Positions 44,018 to 49,202 of a DNA stretch of 49,202 nucleotides are shown here, piece after piece (within the stretch, counting starts at the first letter, position 1; the number at the start of each line of letters is the position of its first letter). The notes under the pieces were generated by a model. The model saw only the letters and a program-made list of their open reading frames with translations, made no database searches and was not told the origin of the DNA. The DNA comes from a bacterium (GTDB lineage Bacteria; Zhuqueibacterota; Zhuqueibacteria; Oceanimicrobiales; Oceanimicrobiaceae): contig JBHHXT010000017.1 of the NCBI GenBank assembly GCA_046757165.1, forward strand, positions 1 through 49,202. Direction: 5' to 3'. A program made the translations under genes and the position numbers.

Positions 44018-46318
44018 GTGCAATCAACAGGACAGGAAAGTCGTCTCAAAGACCTCCTTTATCACCTGGGAAAGTCTTACCTGGACCGTCAGCAATACGA
44101 TAAAGCTTATGAAAAGCTGTGCCAGCTTTTCGAGCTCGAGCCCAACAATTCTGAGGTCTCTCTCCACGCGTCGTTCGCAGCGATTGGACTCGAGGATGTT
44201 TCCGAGACTGCGCTGGGCCTGTATGAAAAAGCGGTTTCCCTGAACCCCAGGTCCGAGGAACTGATTTGGGCGGTGGCCTCCCTGTTCGCCCGGCAGCAGG
44301 TTATCGCACCGTTTGCCATCGCCATCGCTCAGAAGGCGTTGGAATTATCCGTTCAGGCTGACGACCGGATCCGCAATGAGCTGATGAGGTACCACCGCAC
44401 CATCGGCCGAACCGACAATGGCTATCAACCAACTCGAAAGGCCCTCCCCGTCCCGCTCAGCGGCGAACCGGTTGCCGGGCGCATCGAGAAGTTGTGTTGG
44501 GATGGCAGGTTTTCAGAAGCGCGTGAACTGTTGCAAAGGACAAGATTCCAGGCGCAGGATCAGGAGGCCTGCCGACTCGCTTTAGCCTCGACTCACGCTT
44601 ACGAGGCCATCGCAAACGGAAAGATCGCCGAGGACATGAGCGTGATCCAGACAATTTGTGCTGCCATGGCGGGCCTCCATCTTGCCAGCTCCATGACCGA
44701 TTTGCGCAACTACTTAACGTTGCGTCTGGCGCTTCCGGATATCCTCATCGATCAGGAACCGCAAGTCGAGTATGATGAATATGAATTCATCCTGGGACTT
44801 ATCCCCATCGTAGATTTCTTTAGCAGGTTAAAGTCCGGGAGCGAGCCGGAGGTTCTTAGAATCGACCGCTTCGATTTGGTCCGGGACATCCTTGAACCGC
44901 TGGCGAGCGTCTCAGAAGCACCGGCACCAAAGGTAGAGCTGGATTCTGAGTGGCAGGGGGTCCTATTTACGCAGCTTCGTAGTCGGGAGGGCGTCAAACT
45001 CCCTGAAAAGACCCTGCAGCTTGTCAGTTCCTACTTGTGCAAGATTCCCGACAGCGTGCTCAGAATTAGCGGCACGGGCTTTATCAGCCTGGCCAGGGAC
45101 CCTTTCGTGCAAGTAAAACAAGTGGTTAACCTTCTCCAGATTTTGGAGGACTACAACCGCGCAGCAGCCAGGCCGTCGCAGATATGTTTGTCCTGCGGTT
45201 TGGTCATTGCATCCGGAAAGTCAAGTCAGGCCAACCCTTTCACCCTTCGCACTCTGGTCAAAGCCGCTCATCTGCTCTACGTTGCGCAGCAGTACTTTGA
45301 AGACAGGAGATCGGCGGGCAAGTTTTTGCTCCTGGCCAGCCCCAAGACTCTGGCCACCCTTGAAGCAAATGGCACCAGCCTCCTTCGGGTGCAAGAAGCG
45401 GAAATCTTACCGGGAGAGCAGGTTGAATGCGCTGAGATCATCTGGAACGATCCCCTGGCAAAAATCTCCCGAGCTCAGACTTACATTCTGGGCGACTATG
45501 AGGTCAAAGAGTCCCTCCTCGAGCATGCCAGCTACGCCACCTATTTGGCGATCGACCGCCGGCTCAGCCGGCGAGTGGTTTTGAAAGTCATTCCACCGCG
45601 GCACAGCGCGCGATATCTACAAAGCGAAAACGATCTCGACCTGCTTTATGACAGCATTCGCGCTATCGGACGCATCAGCCACCCCAGTATCGCGACCATT
45701 TTCGAGATGGGTGAGCAAGACTACATGATCTATCTTGCGCGGGAATACATCGAAGGCGCGACGCTGACCTCAGTTGACTGTTCATCAGAGTCCTGGGAGT
45801 ACGAGTTGTCACTCACCCTGCTCAAGATTGTCCGGGCTCTGATGGTTGTTCACGCTCAGGGGGCAGCCCACTTAAATTTGAAGCCTGCCAATATCTGGTT
45901 GACAGAGGCACAGGGGATCAAGATTACGGATTTTCAATGTGTCGGATTCCAGAAAGAGGTTGTCCCCTCCAACATCATCCTTTATCCGGCACACTGGCGT
46001 TATCTGGCACCGGAAACGCTTGCCAGCGGGGAGGGAGACATTCGCAGCGATATCTACTCTCTCGGCACCATTGCCTATGAAATCCTGGCCGACCATCATC
46101 CTTACGACAGTGCCGGCAAAATTGAGACCCCACAAGACGTTTTCAAGATTGACATTCCGCCCCTGGAAAACCCGGCGAGACCCCACCACAAGAAATGGCG
46201 CGATGTCATCATGAAGGCAGTCACGGCCGAGCCGGACAAGCGCTTTCAGTCTCTGCAGGAGCTGGAGGCCCAATTGCGTGAGATTCAAACGGAGCTTGTG
46301 CCCCCAAACACCCCGTGA
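44018..46318 (+). CDS. TPR / degenerate cyclase-like / Ser/Thr pseudokinase protein
   Basis: N-terminal TPRs; kinase fold VVLK, HPSI, HLNLKPAN, ITDFQ, YLAPE, SDIYSLG. Confidence 0.8.
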   Translation: MQSTGQESRLKDLLYHLGKSYLDRQQYDKAYEKLCQLFELEPNNSEVSLHASFAAIGLEDVSETALGLYEKAVSLNPRSEELIWAVASLFARQQVIAPFAIAIAQKALELSVQADDRIRNELMRYHRTIGRTDNGYQPTRKALPVPLSGEPVAGRIEKLCWDGRFSEARELLQRTRFQAQDQEACRLALASTHAYEAIANGKIAEDMSVIQTICAAMAGLHLASSMTDLRNYLTLRLALPDILIDQEPQVEYDEYEFILGLIPIVDFFSRLKSGSEPEVLRIDRFDLVRDILEPLASVSEAPAPKVELDSEWQGVLFTQLRSREGVKLPEKTLQLVSSYLCKIPDSVLRISGTGFISLARDPFVQVKQVVNLLQILEDYNRAAARPSQICLSCGLVIASGKSSQANPFTLRTLVKAAHLLYVAQQYFEDRRSAGKFLLLASPKTLATLEANGTSLLRVQEAEILPGEQVECAEIIWNDPLAKISRAQTYILGDYEVKESLLEHASYATYLAIDRRLSRRVVLKVIPPRHSARYLQSENDLDLLYDSIRAIGRISHPSIATIFEMGEQDYMIYLAREYIEGATLTSVDCSSESWEYELSLTLLKIVRALMVVHAQGAAHLNLKPANIWLTEAQGIKITDFQCVGFQKEVVPSNIILYPAHWRYLAPETLASGEGDIRSDIYSLGTIAYEILADHHPYDSAGKIETPQDVFKIDIPPLENPARPHHKKWRDVIMKAVTAEPDKRFQSLQELEAQLREIQTELVPPNTP

Positions 46319-46569
46319 TTCCCTGGCACAGCACGGCCCTTGCCGTCGCATCGCTGTGCCCGGCCGTCACACCTTGATCCGAGCCGAACCCCCCCCGGTT
46401 CCTTTTTCTTCGCTTGAACGCGTGCAAGATTTTGCTTGAATTCCTGGTTATTTGTTGCATATTATGGGTACGGTGAACTCAAATTGAACCCTGAAACGCT
46501 GCTCAGCGGCCATCAATCATCGATCATCGATTATCGATCCACGATTAATTCTAACCCGGAGGGATGACC

Positions 46570-47355
46570 ATGAAACTCTACGATCTTTCACAGCCTTTGA
46601 ACCAGGAGGCGCCATTCTGGCCCTATTATCCGCCATTCGAAGTCAAATATATCAAACGCAAGGCTGAGCATGGCGTCAATGCTCAGTATATCATGACTTC
46701 AAACCACATGGGTACACACCTGGATGCGCCGCGCCACTTCGTCACCGGCGGCATGACCATCGACGAAATTCCGCTGCAATGGCTTTACGGCCCGGGCGCC
46801 ATCGTCGATCTCTCCGACGAAATGGAGGAGCTGGACGCCTATACCCCGGAAATGATCGAGAGACGGGTCGAGGTGCGCGAAGGCGACATCCTGATTCTTC
46901 ACACCGGCTGGCACAAGTACGCCCAATTCGGCGAGCAGCCCGATGAAGAGAAGTACATCCACGTTCACCCCGGTGCTCATCCCAACATGGTGCAGTGGCT
47001 GCTCGACAAGAAAATCCACATCTGGGGCGTAGATTGTGTTTCGACCGACCACCCGATGAACTTGCCCATCGGGCGATTCCTCGGGAAAGGTATGCACGGC
47101 CACTGCGACCGCGTCCAGGCCAAATGCGCGGCCAAATTCGGTAAAGAGGAAATGAAGGAGCTCTTTCCGGACGAAGCCTATCAGCTCACGCACAACGGCC
47201 TGTTTCCACACAACTGCATGCATGTTGAAAACCTCGGTGGCGATATCGCAGCACCGGAGCTGCAAAACAAACGCACCTCGATTGGTGTCTTCCCCTGGAA
47301 GTTCAAAGGAGGCGAGGCGGCCTTTTGTCGCGTGGTGGCGTTTGTAGAGGCGTGA
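46570..47355 (+). CDS. Cyclase-family (kynurenine formamidase-like) metal-dependent hydrolase
   Basis: HMGTHLDAPRH motif, ILILHTGW, WGVD, HVENL; GGAGG RBS. Confidence 0.88.
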   Translation: MKLYDLSQPLNQEAPFWPYYPPFEVKYIKRKAEHGVNAQYIMTSNHMGTHLDAPRHFVTGGMTIDEIPLQWLYGPGAIVDLSDEMEELDAYTPEMIERRVEVREGDILILHTGWHKYAQFGEQPDEEKYIHVHPGAHPNMVQWLLDKKIHIWGVDCVSTDHPMNLPIGRFLGKGMHGHCDRVQAKCAAKFGKEEMKELFPDEAYQLTHNGLFPHNCMHVENLGGDIAAPELQNKRTSIGVFPWKFKGGEAAFCRVVAFVEA

Positions 47356-47420
47356 GCGACCTCGAAGAGATGGAAACTTCAGGCAACCGAAGACCCGGCC
47401 AGAACGGGCAACGAGAGGCG

Positions 47421-48938
47421 ATGATGAATTATTCAAGCCTGCCCATCATCAGACAGGCATTCAACCACCGGCACCGTGTGGCGATTCTGGATGCGACCGG
47501 TGCGCACACCTATGATGAGCTGCTGCACGCGGCTCACAAGGTGGCCACCCGCCTGCTGAACAACAAGCTGGATCTGGAGCAAGCACGGGTGTCCTTCATG
47601 GTGGCGCCCGGTTTCGAGTATACGGCCGTGCAGTGGGGCATCTGGCTGGCTGGCGGCATTGCTGTCCCGCACTGCATCTCGCATCCGGTGCCGGAGCTCG
47701 AATATGTGCTCACTGACACGCAGGCGGAGGTTGTGGTTGCGGCGCCGGAATTCGGGCCGCTCTTGCGACCGCTCGCCAGTAAGCACAATCTCCGCTTTCT
47801 CTTGACACCGGACGTGCTCAGCCGGGCCGGGAGCCCGACGCTGCCGCAGGTCGACGTCAACCGGCGCGCCATGATTCTCTACACCAGCGGCACCACCAGC
47901 AAGCCCAAGGGCGTCGTCACGACCCACCGTAACCTGGCCGCGCAAATCGTGACGCTGGTGGAGGCCTGGGGCTGGACAGCCGACGACCACATCCTCAACG
48001 TCCTGCCGCTGCATCACACGCACGGCATCATCAACGTCATGTCTTGCGCCCTTTGGTCCGGCGCGATTTGTGAGTTTCTGCCAAAATTCGATGCCGACGC
48101 CATCTGGGAGAAATTCAGCACCGGCAAGCTAACCGTGTTCATGGCTGTGCCCACGATTTACATCAAACTGACCGACGCCTGGGAAGCCGCGGGCGCGGAG
48201 AGACAAAAGGCGCTGAGCGCGGCCTGTGCCCGTCTGCGGCTCATGGTCTCCGGCTCGGCAGCGTTGCCGGTGACGGTTTTCGAGAAATGGAAGACCATCA
48301 CCGGCCACACCTTGCTCGAGCGCTACGGCATGACCGAAATCGGCATGGCGCTTTCCAATCCGCTCGAAGAAGAGAGACGGCCGGGGACAGTCGGCCAGCC
48401 GCTCCCGGGCGTAGAGGTACGAGTCGTTGCGGAGAACGGCCGCCTCATTTCTGAGGAAGGGACCCAGGGAGAGCTTCTTGTCAAAGGCCCGGGTGTTTTT
48501 CTGGAATATTGGCACAGACCCGAGGCGACGCAGGACGCCTTTCAGGAGGGCTGGTTCAAGACCGGTGATATTGTCACCGTCGAAGAGGGGTACTATCGCA
48601 TTCTGGGCCGGAACTCTGTCGATATCATCAAGACCGGTGGCTACAAAGTCTCAGCCCTGGAAATCGAGGAGGTGCTGCGGACCCACCCGAAAATCAAAGA
48701 GTGCGCCGTCGTGGGCGTCCCGGATTCGCAGTGGGGCGAATGCGTCTGCGCGGCCTTGACGCTCAACAAAGGAGCGTCTTTGACCACCGAGGCGTTGCGA
48801 GCCTGGGCGAAACAAAGGCTTGCCAGGTACAAAGTCCCCAACCGTGTGCTCCTGATGGAGGCCCTGCCACGCAACGTCATGGGCAAAGTGATGAAGCCGG
48901 AAATCATAAAAGCTTTTTGGCTTCCGAACTCTGTGTAA
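47421..48938 (+). CDS. Acyl-CoA synthetase (malonyl-CoA synthetase/ACSF3-like)
   Basis: YTSGTTSKPKG, ERYGMTE, WFKTGD, GRNSVDIIKTGGYKVSALEIE, PRNVMGK; alternative GTG 47352 overlaps the upstream stop. Confidence 0.9.
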   Translation: MMNYSSLPIIRQAFNHRHRVAILDATGAHTYDELLHAAHKVATRLLNNKLDLEQARVSFMVAPGFEYTAVQWGIWLAGGIAVPHCISHPVPELEYVLTDTQAEVVVAAPEFGPLLRPLASKHNLRFLLTPDVLSRAGSPTLPQVDVNRRAMILYTSGTTSKPKGVVTTHRNLAAQIVTLVEAWGWTADDHILNVLPLHHTHGIINVMSCALWSGAICEFLPKFDADAIWEKFSTGKLTVFMAVPTIYIKLTDAWEAAGAERQKALSAACARLRLMVSGSAALPVTVFEKWKTITGHTLLERYGMTEIGMALSNPLEEERRPGTVGQPLPGVEVRVVAENGRLISEEGTQGELLVKGPGVFLEYWHRPEATQDAFQEGWFKTGDIVTVEEGYYRILGRNSVDIIKTGGYKVSALEIEEVLRTHPKIKECAVVGVPDSQWGECVCAALTLNKGASLTTEALRAWAKQRLARYKVPNRVLLMEALPRNVMGKVMKPEIIKAFWLPNSV

Positions 48939-49202
48939 CCCTTCGCTGGATTGATAAATCAGGAGCCAATCAGGTTCAAGATGACAGTCTCGGAATCCTT
49001 TCCAATTTCCCATGAGCGGATGGTCTTTGTATTTGACCCCCAGCGGTTCTTTGGCAACTAGTTTATCGATAACTGTCCTGAGTTTGGTGAGATCTTTGTG
49101 AAGCGCAACCTGAGTAAGATACATCGAGATAGCCTCCGACATTGAAATGTTGAGGGTTTTTAAGATTCTCTGCGCCCTGGTTTTTATTTCAGGATCGATT
49201 CG
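48939..49202 (-). pseudogene. Collapsed dinJ/relB-yafQ toxin-antitoxin remnant (in-frame fusion, toxin truncated); runs off the window edge
   Basis: RIDPEIKTRAQRILKTLNISMSEAISMYLTQVALHK (RelB/DinJ-like) joined to DLTKL...YKDHPLMGNWKGFRDCHLEPDWLLIY (YafQ-like); no RTG(S/T)HSDLF tail. Confidence 0.75.

Noticed and set aside
46323..46360. sigma-54-like sequence CTGGCACAGCACGGCCCTTGC
   Set aside because: GG-to-GC spacing is 15 rather than 10; better explained as a GC-rich hairpin (GGCACAGC/GCTGTGCC) after the kinase gene
205..48907. Numerous overlapping ORFs of 60-350 aa in the ORF track (e.g. 19616-20659, 23563-24405, 36790-37695, 38849-39805, 41949-42701)
   Set aside because: They are antisense or alternate-frame shadows of well-supported genes and show no recognisable motifs
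33491..49202. Integrative element or genomic island at tRNA-Gln or tRNA-Ser
   Set aside because: No integrase and no duplicated tRNA 3' end found within the window

Overview
Bacterial chromosomal window, almost entirely coding on the + strand. The gene repertoire (PorV/PorQ-like barrel, FlgD-Ig/T9SS-type C-terminal domain, PorT-like barrel, hrcA-grpE-dnaJ without dnaK) suggests an FCB-group diderm such as KSB1 or Calditrichota; this is inference. The left part is housekeeping (pdxA, ftsEX, hrcA-grpE-dnaJ, rsmD-coaD-pta-aminotransferase) plus a compact ComEA/pilin-like/PilM/PilN-PilO cluster. The standout is a ~14 kb locus (15352-29186) behind a sigma-54-type promoter. It encodes a 2337-aa repetitive secreted protein with a T9SS-like CTD, a PorV-like barrel with a long TPR extension, an inner-membrane RsbW kinase/HAMP/PP2C phosphatase fusion, and a STAS anti-anti-sigma protein. 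The last two share an HTH module resembling the DNA-binding region of IS481-family transposases. I propose this as a candidate trans-envelope partner-switching system with no sigma factor in the locus. Next come obgE, dprA, two tRNA-Ser, gltX, a REP-like inverted repeat and tRNA-Gln. The accessory tail holds a second PP2C, two khpA paralogues flanking a B12 radical SAM gene, a GNAT/S8 protease pair, a TPR/pseudo-cyclase/pseudokinase, a cyclase-family hydrolase, an acyl-CoA synthetase, and a collapsed in-frame dinJ-yafQ remnant at the right edge. All calls come from motif reading by eye; no searches were run.
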